Part shown: positions 1-17,400 of the stretch, in pieces
How the letters are laid out: each line of letters opens with the position of its first letter
How positions within the stretch are numbered: position 1 is the first letter of the stretch
NCBI GenBank assembly: GCA_040954595.2
Contig: CM082588.2
Span: forward strand, 3,534,056-3,598,055
Reading direction: 5' to 3'
DNA length: 64,000 bases
Source: Balanoglossus misakiensis
Taxonomy: Eukaryota > Animalia > Hemichordata
Position numbers and translations under genes: made by a program
Notes under the pieces: model-generated
Seen by the model: only the letters and a program-made list of their open reading frames with translations
What the model was told of the DNA's origin: nothing
The model's database searches: none

Positions 1-3000
1 TGGAGAATCTGATGGTGGCTTTGTTCTTGGAGCTGTTCAATGTGTTTAAAGTTCTCTTCTCGTTGACTCTCAGCTGAACATCAGTGAACTCTTTACATTT
101 GGACAACAGCAAAATCTTTCAAAGACAAACAAAAATGCAGTAAAGATATGTTCTTCATGTGAAGTGGATTTGAAGTGAAACACTGGCAGTCTTCAAGTTT
201 GATTGATGTATTATAGAGGAGTTGTAACTACTGGTAGATCTTATTTATGGCTGAGAAGCTTTCAAACCTTGATACATGTATCTTACCAGTTCATTCAAAG
301 ATGCCTGGCCACTGATGGTTTTGAATAACTTCATTGTATCATAAGCAATACAGTATCTGGCCATTAGCTTCCCCAGTTCTTTGGATAAAACAAATAATAT
401 ACATTTAATATGCATATCACATATTAATCACATTAGCAACATCGCCGGGGGCAAGGACAATATGATGTGCAGCCCAATGTAATAATATGTAGATGTAATA
501 TTTCAGGCAAAGAGGATTTCTGTAATGATGATTGTCTCTACCTGTTGGATGTAACACAGACTTTGGATCTTCAATCTTGACTAAATCAATTTCTGTCAGG
601 GACCTTAGGTATTTACCGCACATGTCTGTAAGAGATTGCAATCTTTCATGGCTTTAAACTGCCAAGTAAATGTGCTATTGGCAGGTATGATTATAATTGT
701 TGTCCCCAGCCATCTTTTTTGGAAACTTAACAAAATGTTCATATAAAATGTAATCTAAGCCTATGTGTTCTGGAGATTACTGAACTTCCGTACAACTCTT
801 CAGAAGACTTTTGCTAGGTTTACCTGTAAGTCTCTTTTCAAGTGCTTCCTTACTGAGTCCAGGAGGTATTCCATAGTATGTGGGATTCTTGACAACCCTG
901 ATGTACAGGAAAGTGGACTTCAACCATTCCAGGGCAATGTTCATGTCGGTGATTGTATGCAGGACAATCTCAGCATTCAGGTGTTCCATGATATGCACAT
1001 GGAGACTGGTTGAAAAGAAAACAGTCACAATTCCATGAATGGTAATAGGCCAGTTACTATTGGCCTTTTTTCCTCAATATTTTTTGTATATCAACTAATA
1101 CTTTTTCTTGCTTTAATCCGTACACATACTGCTAAATGCTCAGTATTCTTCTTGTTAACGCAGCCTGCCAGTATATATCTGTATTAATATTATATTACAT
1201 AAACAATTCTGATGGTTTGGTATGCGTGATCCTACCTGCTTTCAATATTCTGTGTTCCATTTAATAGAGCTTCATACCTATCCTGCAATGAAAATTAACT
1301 CAAATGTTGTTGACGTTCTTATTAAACTCTTAAGCAAAAGTCCAGGAAAAATATTGACCAAGCTCATGATTAGTAAATGCCAAATTTGGCACTGCTATAG
1401 GATTCGAATGCATTTTTCTCTGGACCAAAGAGTATCTTCACTGACCTTTGTCTTAGTCCTGGTCATAATGACAGCAGTAGCAGTGGTATCAAACTGTGGT
1501 CGTCCAGCTCTGCCAATCATCTGTAAGACCTGCGTCTCTGTGTATTCGGTGTACATACCACTAACATAGTGCAGAGTGGACTTCACCACCACTAGGTGAG
1601 CGGGTAAATTTACACCCATTGCCAATGTACTGGTAGCCACTGAAAAGTCATGTTGAAGGAGAAGTAATGTCTGATGATTTTTTGTCTTTGAAAAACTGGT
1701 TTATGAGAGACAAAATGAAAATTGAGATTTTTGGAGATTATGCGATGTCATGTCATTAGACTGCAAAACAGGCTAGACAAATTGTGCCAAGGTCTACTTA
1801 CACAGGACTGGCAAATCTCCCCTCAGAAACATATTTTCAATGGTTTTCCTGTCTGATACATCCAGACCTGCATGGTGATAGCCAACTCCATTGACAACCA
1901 ACTCTGAAAGCAACAATGTACATATTCACATTACTTTAAACAGTCGATACACCCTTTTCTTCTGTTGCAAAAAGGTTGTGACTACAGGGTATATGGGGTA
2001 GTTTTTAACAAAGATAAAATTAGCATTGATATAATCATGTGTTTACCTCTAAGCTTGGAATCACGTAACATGTTGGCATTTCTTTGCAACCGCTGTCTGT
2101 GCTGGGAATTCATGATAAACCTGGCATCTTTGACCAAGGTGCTGGCAGCCTGTTGCACGCCTTTCCTGGTGGCACAGAACTGATGCAAAGAAAAGAACAA
2201 CACAATTTGAAAGGTTTAAGCCACACACATATCTGGATCATTAAGTACCATCCAGATATTGTATATAAATGAAGGGCATCTACCGTATAGTGGAAATGTA
2301 CATCAAATCCACATTTCTGATTAAATGAAAAATTGCAACCTACCACAAGAGTGGGTTTCTGTTCTGAGTAAGTCTGGATAACGCCACTCAGCTTGTAGTT
2401 GAGCGACAGATCAAACTTGAACTCAGACACGTTCTCCCGGCATGGAAATCCCAGTACCACTTTTCTCAATCGCACAGGTCTGTGTGTATCATCTAGTCTG
2501 TGAGAAGTGTACAGTACAAAGTATGAGAGATCAGTTACTAGTATCACACTATAATAGTGTGATAACTAAAATTCAAATATTGCAACTTTTCAAAGCCATT
2601 CTTATTCAGCATCTCTTTCCATAGACACCAGCAGTAGTCTGCACGCCACATTTATTTTCTTGGAGTAGCATAATAATTCACAACAATTTTATTTCACAAC
2701 ATATACAATAGCTTACTTGTATGTGATGGCTGCCTCATTAATCTCACCTAACCATTCTCCTACCTGGATATCACAGAAGAAGGAAAACTGAGCTGTGAGC
2801 CATTTCATGTATTCAAACAGTGAGCATGCAGCAAAAGAAAGCATTACATGATTTGTCCATTATCAGTAGAAATGAGCACCTACAATTATGGAAAATATTC
2901 TCGATAAGTTGACTTACATCCGTTATGTTGGGTATTGTGGCAGATATGGCTATGAAGCGAAGTTTGCTTGATTTCAGGACTGAAGTAGTGTTATCAGTTT

Positions 3001-6000
3001 GCGATGACTGCACTGTTTTCATTCTGCTGATCACTGCCTCCATGGTGGCTCCTCTGGCTTCATCATTCAATGTATGTACCTGAAGTTTGAGAAACAAATA
3101 ATTCTGATCATACTTGCCCATATTGCTTAAAAAGTCATAGGTCATTGAGAACACTAAACTATATTCCGGCGAAAAGATAAACAATTTTGCACAAGTGTTA
3201 AGGCTTGGTCTCTTCAACATGATGTCTCCCAGGCAGTGAAGTGTGGAGATTTCAATTTTGTTCAGAAATTGTTTAGATCAGCAGAATTGATTGTAACACA
3301 TACCTCGTCTATCAGGAAAAGTTTAACCATCTGTACCAATGACTTGTTGTCTCTCCACTTTCTTGTCATACTGTCCCATTTTTCCTGCAGGAAGTGAACA
3401 CTTACATTATATATTTTTTCATATTATAGAGGGACTGTGATTAAGACTTAAAATTGCTCCAAGCAACTAGGGTTATAGTTCTGTATTCCAAACTAACACT
3501 TCTTACCGGGGTTGTCATAATGATGTTTGTATCTTGCAATTCAAAGTAGTCATCCCATTGAGAATCTCCAGTCAATTCTTTGCATTTCAAACCCACGGCT
3601 CCAAACTTCTGCTGCCAGTCATCACACCGTTCACTACACAATGCCTTGATAGGTGCCACTGAAAATAATATGTAGCTTGTATGTTGCAGGTAGTACATTG
3701 AACTTCATCAATATCATCAAATTGATAACCATAATAGCACTTTCATTCTGTAAAACCTCTTAACCTTACTGTGATGTGATAGTAGGAATAACCATGTGCT
3801 TGGTTTTTGCTCATGTAAACATTCTACCAGTTATTTTGATCACAGCGTATTACAGTGTAGCAATTTCACACTTACTGTAAACTATCTTGACTTGGTTCAG
3901 ACTGAACGAACCAACCTGCAACAGAAGTCTGACTATTGCCAACTCAAAGATGACTGTTTTACCAGATCCAGTGGGGGCACACAGTACCAGGGGCTTATCA
4001 CTGTACAAAACCTGAAATGAGAGTATGTTGCAGAAAGCTTAACAAATTCTGAAATCTGAATTGCATCAAAATGTATTTATATCTCATACTGTGATCTTAA
4101 GTACAGTGGCAATGATGACACCTAATAAAGAAATCTTATCAGTCTAAGTTTCTCTTTCAATCAAAATACATTTCCCATGATTAAGAAGCAGACAGGGTAG
4201 TGGATTAGTTTATGACTAAAAATTAAGATACTGGCTTTGAATACTTACATCATCCATCACTTTTGATTGAACTATGTTGAAGTATGGATATGCATTAAAT
4301 ATGGATCGGTATTTCTCAGCTGAAGGATTTGATTATGGAAAACGTAACTTGCATTTCTGCAAGAGAGAACTTTCACATGGTACACAAGACACTATGGCTA
4401 TGCAAAAAAAGAACCTGTCAAATCCATGGGTAGGTAATGTCTGAGTTTTATGCTGGTAAGGATACGAACTTCAGTAATTGGTCTCAATTTTGTCACATCT
4501 CCTCTGCTTCCACCTGGAGTCACATAACCTGGAATTAAATAATAGCACATGATAGTGATGGCAATCAGCTTTTTGTAGCATGCTCAAGGGATGGTGATCT
4601 GATCATAATATTGATGATGCACAAACTAGAGGTATATTTGTAACTTATGATTATTTTAATTGAGAATGAAAATTGTAATGACAGGTTTTCAGGACTATCA
4701 TCTTTCTGATAATCTGTCCCCAAGATATGTACTGATCTAAACTCACCTGGAATAGTCAAAGGACTCGGGCTATCCAATACTGTCCTGGCGCTGGTAAAGA
4801 AACTTGATTGTTGGCCTCTAGTGTTTACGTATGTCCCAGGATCCAACTCCAATGAAGATCGATTACTACCTGTCTGGGACATAGCAACATGCTGACTTGT
4901 GCTTGCTTGGCTCGGCTCAGGTGGTTCATCTCTAAGGGCAGGGGTTGATATATTCCCTGCTGATCGCTGACTACTGCTGGGTTTGGAGTTGTCATTACCA
5001 GACCGAATGCTCTCAGACACCTGGAGTGAAAATGTACCACTGGATGATTTGTGAGGGGCCTGTTGACTACTGGCTTTGATCGGTGGCCTGAACAGACGTC
5101 TTCGTTTCACAGTGGTGTTACTTCTGGCAGGCTGTTGACTCGGAACGGCAAAGGTGTCTTCTGGATCAGGAAAAAGTTCTTTCCTAATTGATCAAAAAAT
5201 CAGATAATCAACAATCAATTTTGGCTTTAAAAAGCATAACTTTTATTTCCAGAAAGCACATTTTACAATCTTGAATGTGTCATTGTTTGGCAGATTACCT
5301 TAACAAGTCTCTTCTACTTTGAGTGCTGGTGAAACCATCTTCACTATCAAAAAGAGGAGGTGTTCCATGTTCCTCAAAGAGACCCTTGCTTGAAAACACA
5401 TCTGATGATGTTTGATGTCTCTGAAAGTTGTCTTTGATGATAAGCAAAAAGAGAAAAATGTCATTAGAAAACATGCGATGACAGAGAGTAAACATCCATT
5501 GTTTGTTTTTGTTTTTGTCAGGGTATTTCAGCATGCCTGGCTTATGAAAAAAGTTGTATAATTTATGCATGTTTTGCATAAATTTTGCATATCAATACCA
5601 CTGTGCAACCTAATTGATCTGCATCTATGGCACAGAAAGTGTTTTACTAACCACAGTAAGTGTTTTACTACCATCCTACATAAAGTTTATGTGTGTTTTG
5701 ATGGTTTCTCGAAGTTCTATGTTGTTACATTGTCAGATTTCATGGAATGAAAATCATGCACTTTTGAAGAACTAACCCTGTGACTGTGTGACTGAATCAC
5801 CAAAAAGTCTGTCAATCTGTGTTGAAGTCACACTTCGTTGGGATGGCAAAATAAGATCATCTGTAGATGGTGGTGGCCTATGCAAGTCAGGGCTGCCGTG
5901 CAGTGATCTGAAAATGGAATCACAGTGATAAATAATTATTTCCTGTTGTGAATGAACATCTCTTTTTACCATTGTCTAATTGTTAGCTGACTGCATGTTA

Positions 6001-6171
6001 TTATAGACATTGTTAACCGAAATGAATATGCTGTGTGTCAATGCACATTATTGTTATCCATACATGCAAGTCTCCCCTCTCGATGACAAATTGTACTTAC
6101 ATGTGAACTGGTTTTTCTGAACATTCTTCATTATACTGATCAAAGAAAATATTGTCACTGATGTCAATCAT
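1..6171 (-). CDS. HFM1: Meiotic ATP-dependent DExH-box DNA helicase HFM1/MER3 (Ski2-like); 3' part runs off the window start
   Basis: Twenty GT-AG-bounded exons with consistent phases: 6101-6171, 5777-5907, 5299-5431, 4747-5183, 4466-4528, 4249-4319, 3876-4011, 3507-3658, 3304-3384, 2918-3079, 2717-2763, 2344-2497, 2047-2179, 1802-1903, 1446-1639, 1236-1282, 824-1005, 542-625, 287-378, 1-115 (about 862 aa in window). Motifs: Walker [18 protein letters not shown]|VH split by an intron, [47 protein letters not shown], and Sec63-domain [14 protein letters not shown]. These match the Mer3/HFM1 subfamily. Confidence 0.95.
4320..4465 (-). other. U12-type (minor spliceosome) GT-AG intron in HFM1
   Basis: Donor reads GTATCCTT, the U12 5' splice-site consensus. 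The 3' end TTTTCCATAATCAAATCCTTCAG has a branch-like TTCCATAAT close to the AG. Splicing restores LRPITEVPEKYRSIF, a sequence typical of HFM1. Confidence 0.8.
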
Positions 6172-6610
6172 TGGAGCTGTGTCCTTGCTCTGTAATTAGA
6201 AGTTTGTAAATATAAAACGATCATTATTGGGACAAAATGCCACGATTTCGTACAAGAAGGGCAGACTGATGTTTGTGGAATGTAAGGTACATGTTGATGA
6301 CATGTACACATGGCATGTGTACGTTTCAAAATGTCGTCAGTGCAAACTCGGAAAACACGTCGAAAGTCTAAGATCTTTATAGCATGAAATACAACGATCT
6401 CGGCGTTATATGCCTATATAAACGATCGCTATTTGAAGATCGGTGTTAAATACTGAGCTCCGCTTTCGAAGCACTGCAGGGAAAATAAGGATTTTTCTCT
6501 GGATATAAACAAAATGTCGTCTGTCACTATGGAAACAAATGCGATTTCCGAGAATGCTGATCATACTACTGCTGCAATGGCATCCAGAAATGAGTGTCTA
6601 CGAAACTTAC

Positions 6611-6760
6611 CTCCTTAAGCAACTCGAAAATTTAAGATCGAATGATATATAGTAGAACAGGCATTAGAGAAATCTCGACCTCATAGAGATGTGATCGTGT
6701 TTCATGTTTTGGAGCTGGTCGCGCGCGCGTCGTCCGCTAGACCGGAAGCGGAAGTGTGAC
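6611..6760 (-). promoter_or_regulatory. HFM1 non-coding first exon and CpG-rich promoter
   Basis: Strong GTAAGT donor at 6610. GCGCGCGCG run near 6721. Tandem ETS sites CCGGAAGCGGAAGTG at 6742-6756. RFX X-box-like GTCACTATGGAAAC at 6523-6536 in the first intron. Confidence 0.55.
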
Positions 6761-8119
6761 CACAAAAACAAAACGAAAGCATGTTGTTATTAGCAATCCA
6801 TGCATTTAGTAACAGTAAAACAGTGTGAAATGCGAAAACAAAGGGAAAGAGAAAGAAAAGAGAAATATGACCAACACTCAATAGATTAGAGAACAAAACA
6901 AATCCATACAGAGAAACAAACCGCTGGTGGCGCTGTCAAGCCGATTCAATGCAGCTCTGACACCACTGGCACGTGGCATCGACACGTGGTCACTTGATGC
7001 ACTGGTCAGTTGAGTAGTGTCCATCTAGTCGTGGATCTGGGACTTTCGGGGTGGTTCAGGGAGAGGGACAATCTCATTAAATCAAATGTACGTTTTGTCA
7101 CTTTCGAGCTCCACCCAGCAAAAGAGGCTCTTTACAAGTTAGTTTAGCCTAGTTGTTTGTATACACTTCCACACCCTCTCACAAAGTTCAAAGCAGTTAG
7201 ATTGCCCTAAGGTTATACAGAATCTCATACATAGCAGTGATTCCTTATTTTTCTGTTTTCCAGAGTACTGACAGTACTGTGTGCTTGGCAATGACAGTGT
7301 GTATGTACCCAGGGGTATGAATATCCACATACCAATCTGATCGATCCATCATGATCCGGATGTCTACCCAGATCCGAAGAAATTCAATCGTAACAGGTAT
7401 GTTTACATGTGATGACCATACATCCAGCTGTAGGAAATAGACCATGAAACTGTAGATTGATACACACAGCAAAAATTCTGGAAACAATGGTCAAAACTCA
7501 CAGCCACTGCAGTCCAAAACGTGGACATACACAGCTGCAGCTGATGCTATGAATATGTAATGTGCCGCTGAATTATTCAAACTGAACTTATGTGGGCCCG
7601 ATAAGAGAATTCTATTTTCACTTTCATGATTTCTAAAAATCTCCGAAGGGAAAACAGGTGTTTGAGTTAATTTGCACTAAGAGTATTGGTAGAGCCAGTC
7701 CTGCAACAAGCCTGAAGCTGATTGTGAATAATTCTCATTCAAGATCATTTTGTTTGGAAAAAAGTTTCATGGACAAGATTCAGTGGGCAGCAACGATAAG
7801 TTATCGAATTGGGAATTTTGTGATGATATTTTGAAAATGCTGCATTTTGCTTTTAACATATCCCTCAAAGTTCTAAATTTTAATTAGTTAATGGACGTGA
7901 ACGAAAAAACTAGAGCACTGCTGTTTTACCCAAAGCTATCCCCTGGGTTATAAAATTTAATCTAGTGAAGAAGGGAAGGTTTTGGAGTTTCGTTATTTTT
8001 TAAAACTTTGCCCAGGGGTATAGTGAAAATTTGTCTCTCTGTCATTCATTGACTTTCTCTGCATTGCGCTTGTTGTTTGTGAGGTATGTGCGTGTACATC
8101 TGACCACACCATGTCTTGA

Positions 8120-8277
8120 TTTTTGAACCTCGCGGTAGCCAGAAAAACACGAAAATAAATAGTTGCGAATTTTGAAAATGTAGTTAATAGTGAAATAAGA
8201 GAATGTGAAAATTCATCTTCGTGAAACAGTCATCTCTGTTGTCATCTCTCGTCGCAAGAATTTCCTGTTTTACAGTA
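8120..8277. mobile_element. Possible end of a degenerate non-autonomous DNA transposon (MITE)
   Basis: Repeated (C)GCGAA/GTGAAAAT motifs ending in ATTTCCTGTTTTACAGTA, a terminal pattern common in invertebrate MITEs. I did not find the opposite TIR. Confidence 0.3.
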
Positions 8278-10827
8278 TGAAACACATGATTTGTGTCTTC
8301 CTAGTACAACTTGCAGCAAGTGATAGCAATTACAATACCTTATTTCTGAAATCCTATTATATATATTAAGATAATGAAATCACAACGTGAATCCCCATTT
8401 TCTCAAGTAAACCCCTCGCTGTTACCAAATCCCCGCGTCCAAATGGAAACGTTTCGCTGCTTTTGGTTGTTGATTGGATACGGAGACTAGCAGACAGGAT
8501 ATAGAAAGAAGCTGGTTGCTATGTGTTCAGCAGGAAACTGGCAAATTTGGGGGGAGAGTGAACACAGCTGGAAATATGAGAGAAAAACACAAGCCTCTGG
8601 GCTTGATTACAGAGACGCGGGGTTTTAAAACAGAACACATACTCCCAACTATTTTCAGCCGGGAAAATAGCTTGGAGACGTCTCCAGCGCAGTGGGCGAT
8701 CATTTCTGATAGCCTTTTCTGCAACCTTCCTGGTCATTGCTCCGTATTAGCATGATTAAATTTCAGGTTATTTTGCGTTTTCATGTGAATATGTCATTAC
8801 ATTCATGCAGGATTCTGTCGTTTCCCGCGGCTAGTCGTTTATGTCAGAGAGCAAGGTAATAAATATGTCTGCTTACACATACACACACCTAAACATGGTA
8901 CTCTAACAACGTTTGTGAGGCCAAAGGTTTTTTGTCTTGGTTCCTGGAATTGCATCGACCCTTTATGCCAAAAATACCCAAAAGTCTCAAGAGAACACAG
9001 TCACCATAATACTAGTAACTAGTCATCTGATTATGTAATTACCGTTCTTTATTCTTCCTTTAAACGAAGGAATATTTCTCAAAGCACATATGTGTGAAAT
9101 AGCAGTGATAGAATTACATCAGAGTCGAGTATGTAGACGTTTTCGATGGGATTGATGAAGTGGAAAGTAAATTCACAGTAAATGGCTTCATTCAATCTGT
9201 AAATATCCTTTCTTCACGACCGCACACTTAAATCAAGTAAGCAGGCAAAGCTGTCCTATTTTAACATTTATTTCTGGAAAATAAAGATTACACACATGCA
9301 GTGATTGATGCTAGTACACTTCAGGAGGATATAATATTAAATATAGTGGCAATTTCGTAACCCTTATAGAACATGCTGGTATGTATTGCAAAGAGGGAAA
9401 AACAAATCAAATCAAACCTTCGTCTACTCGCGATTTGGTCTGAAGTTATATGGGTACAAATTGGGAGGCATCTCGTGGCTTTACTGTAGCCATAAATGTT
9501 AGAACAGATAGTGAAAACACTAATATGATGCCATTTGGATTCGTTTACATTGTGCTTAAAACTGGCAGGGTAATAATGTCCGTGCAGAGAATTGCAAAGG
9601 ACAGATAACGGCTTTTTGTACTATATGTGACTGGGGGTAATTTCAGGATGACAAATGATAGATCGTTACCCGACGTGTAGTCGCAATAAACTGGAATAGG
9701 ATGTGAGCAGGATGTCTCGTGCAGTAAAACACAACGATGAGATAGTGTGCTCGAAATGAAGACTTCATCAGTTTCAAGGTCACAGAATTGGGTAATTCAG
9801 ATGGTGTAAATTAATCATTACTGTTGTTGACGTTCTTCAGAAATTGAAAATATAAAATGTATGCTTTTTATACAGCTTTCCTCTGTCGATAAAGATAACT
9901 GACTGAATATTCACTGATTTTTATCGCGTGCCACCTGGGCGGTACAAAGAACTAGCCTAGTTTCATATCCACTCGGTCGGGTCTGTCACGTCATATTGTC
10001 TGAGACGTGAGGGTCTTTAAGACTCAACAGCTCACATACTCAGGGGTCGCTATGGAACAGCTGAAGCTTTGAATCATTAATGAACCACGAATCATCGATG
10101 GGAAGCTTAGTTTAAAGGGGTTAAGTGGAAATACACGCACGCCTCAGTGGGCTACTAACATGGCACACTCATAACGCACCAGTGCGTAAACTGCACCCAA
10201 ATTAGGACGTATGATGTTCTAACTTAGAAGTATTGTCTCAAAAAGGGACTTAGTGACACAGAAAAGAAACAAGACATCATTTCAGTTTTGTAGAGTAGAG
10301 ATTTTGATACAATACAACAGCACAGTACAATCTACTTGGTTAATAACAAATGACTCTAAACAACTTGGTCCATCGCAACATTAAATAATATGTGTTAGTT
10401 ATTTACTGGTTTAATGACGCATTTTATTGTACGTGTTTTATGAATATATAATATGATCATAGCCACATATAAATATGAAAATTTGCTTACGATGGGATTT
10501 CAAAAAGATCAAATCCATACCAATGATAGAATTTAAACAACTTTTATTTCGATGAAGTTTTTTGCTAGGGCATTCGCACGCGCCCTTCAGTTAGCCATGA
10601 TATTTATATGATATGTCTGTTGGATTTTCTCACGAAAACCGCTTGAGTTTTCTCAAAGACACCAGAAACGAGAAGAGTCATCTTGAAGTTTCGCGAACAT
10701 CTTCTGTAGAACATTTAACCCACGAGAACAACATTATGATTATTATTATTTCAGGTCAGTGACGAAACAAACACTGACAAAAAAACGGTGAAAATTTGTA
10801 AGTCTGTCGCACCCAGGGTTAGTAATG

Positions 10828-16317
<5,490 letters not shown>

Positions 16318-16332
16318 TCTCCCAACACCTAT

Positions 16333-16487
16333 AATGAGATAGAAAGACGAGCAGAGGTGGTTATAGGTTGAATGGCAGTGTAGGTGTATGCAAATTACCC
16401 AAATTTCCCCGCAGCGACACCGTCGGCTTATTGTGGTTGCCAGGAAGTGACGTCCTGCGTGTGACGCACATGCCTGTGTATGCAAAT
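16333..16487 (-). promoter_or_regulatory. Proximal promoter of the precursor gene: TATA, Inr, ETS-CRE, two octamers
   Basis: Minus-strand TATAA at 16365-16361, with Inr-like TCATT about 30 nt downstream. ATGCAAAT at 16388-16395 and 16480-16487. CAGGAAGTGACGTC composite at 16441-16454. Confidence 0.55.
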
Positions 16488-17274
16488 GACGGTACAGGGT
16501 CCCAATAGAATCAACGTGCCCCTTCAGTAATCGCTATCCCAAATTCGACCATTTTGTACGTTGTTAAATGAAAACCTCAGTCGGGAAAGGAGAAATATAT
16601 GGCTATACTGTGTTCGACGCGACGGCAATTGATGGACGAATCACTTCTTTGGCGTTTAGTGCTAACTTAGGCTCCGTTTCGACTCATTAAACGGATTAGC
16701 ATCGAAGACAACATTTAATCACATGAAAGGCAGGAAACTAAACGACTTAAAACGAATGCGACACATGTTATCCTTGACCAGTTATCGTCAGCGAAGGGTG
16801 GGGCGAAGAAATGACACTTCCATGTGTGAACGCCAGTCATGAACTGTAACGTGTACAAGACACGAAAGAAATTAACTGCCTCAAGTTATGATTTATCATC
16901 AAGGCATAATTAATTCAACATTAGAGCAGTTGTTTTCTCTGCATGTTAACAGTGATTGACGAGACTTAAAGCGTAAAAGTCGCCCACATGGGACATGATT
17001 TCAGTTTCTTTGATAAACTATTTATTTCGTTATGTTAACTGACAGGTTTTCACAATTCAACTCACACCCTGTTCATGGATATTTACGCATGAGTACTTCG
17101 AAATTGATTTTTCTAGGCAAAGTGGTTTGATAGCAGTATAGATGTTATGTCCAAGAAACCAAAATAACCACAATAATGTTATGTTTACGCTTGTAGCCAT
17201 TTAGAGCAGCGAAAAAGCGTGGCTTTAGAAAGCAAATAGCAGAAAAATATGCTAATATTCACACTGAATCATGA

Positions 17275-17400
17275 CAGACAGGTAGGTAGACAGGTTTACA
17301 AGTAGGCAGGCAGGGAGACAGATATAAACGAAAATGGAATAAATAAAACAGAAGAAGGACGAGAGAAGGGAAGAGAGCGGAGCAGAAAAGAAAGAAGATC
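17275..17400. repeat. Purine-rich low-complexity tract (GACA/GGCA/GAA units)
   Basis: Read directly from the sequence. Confidence 0.6.
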
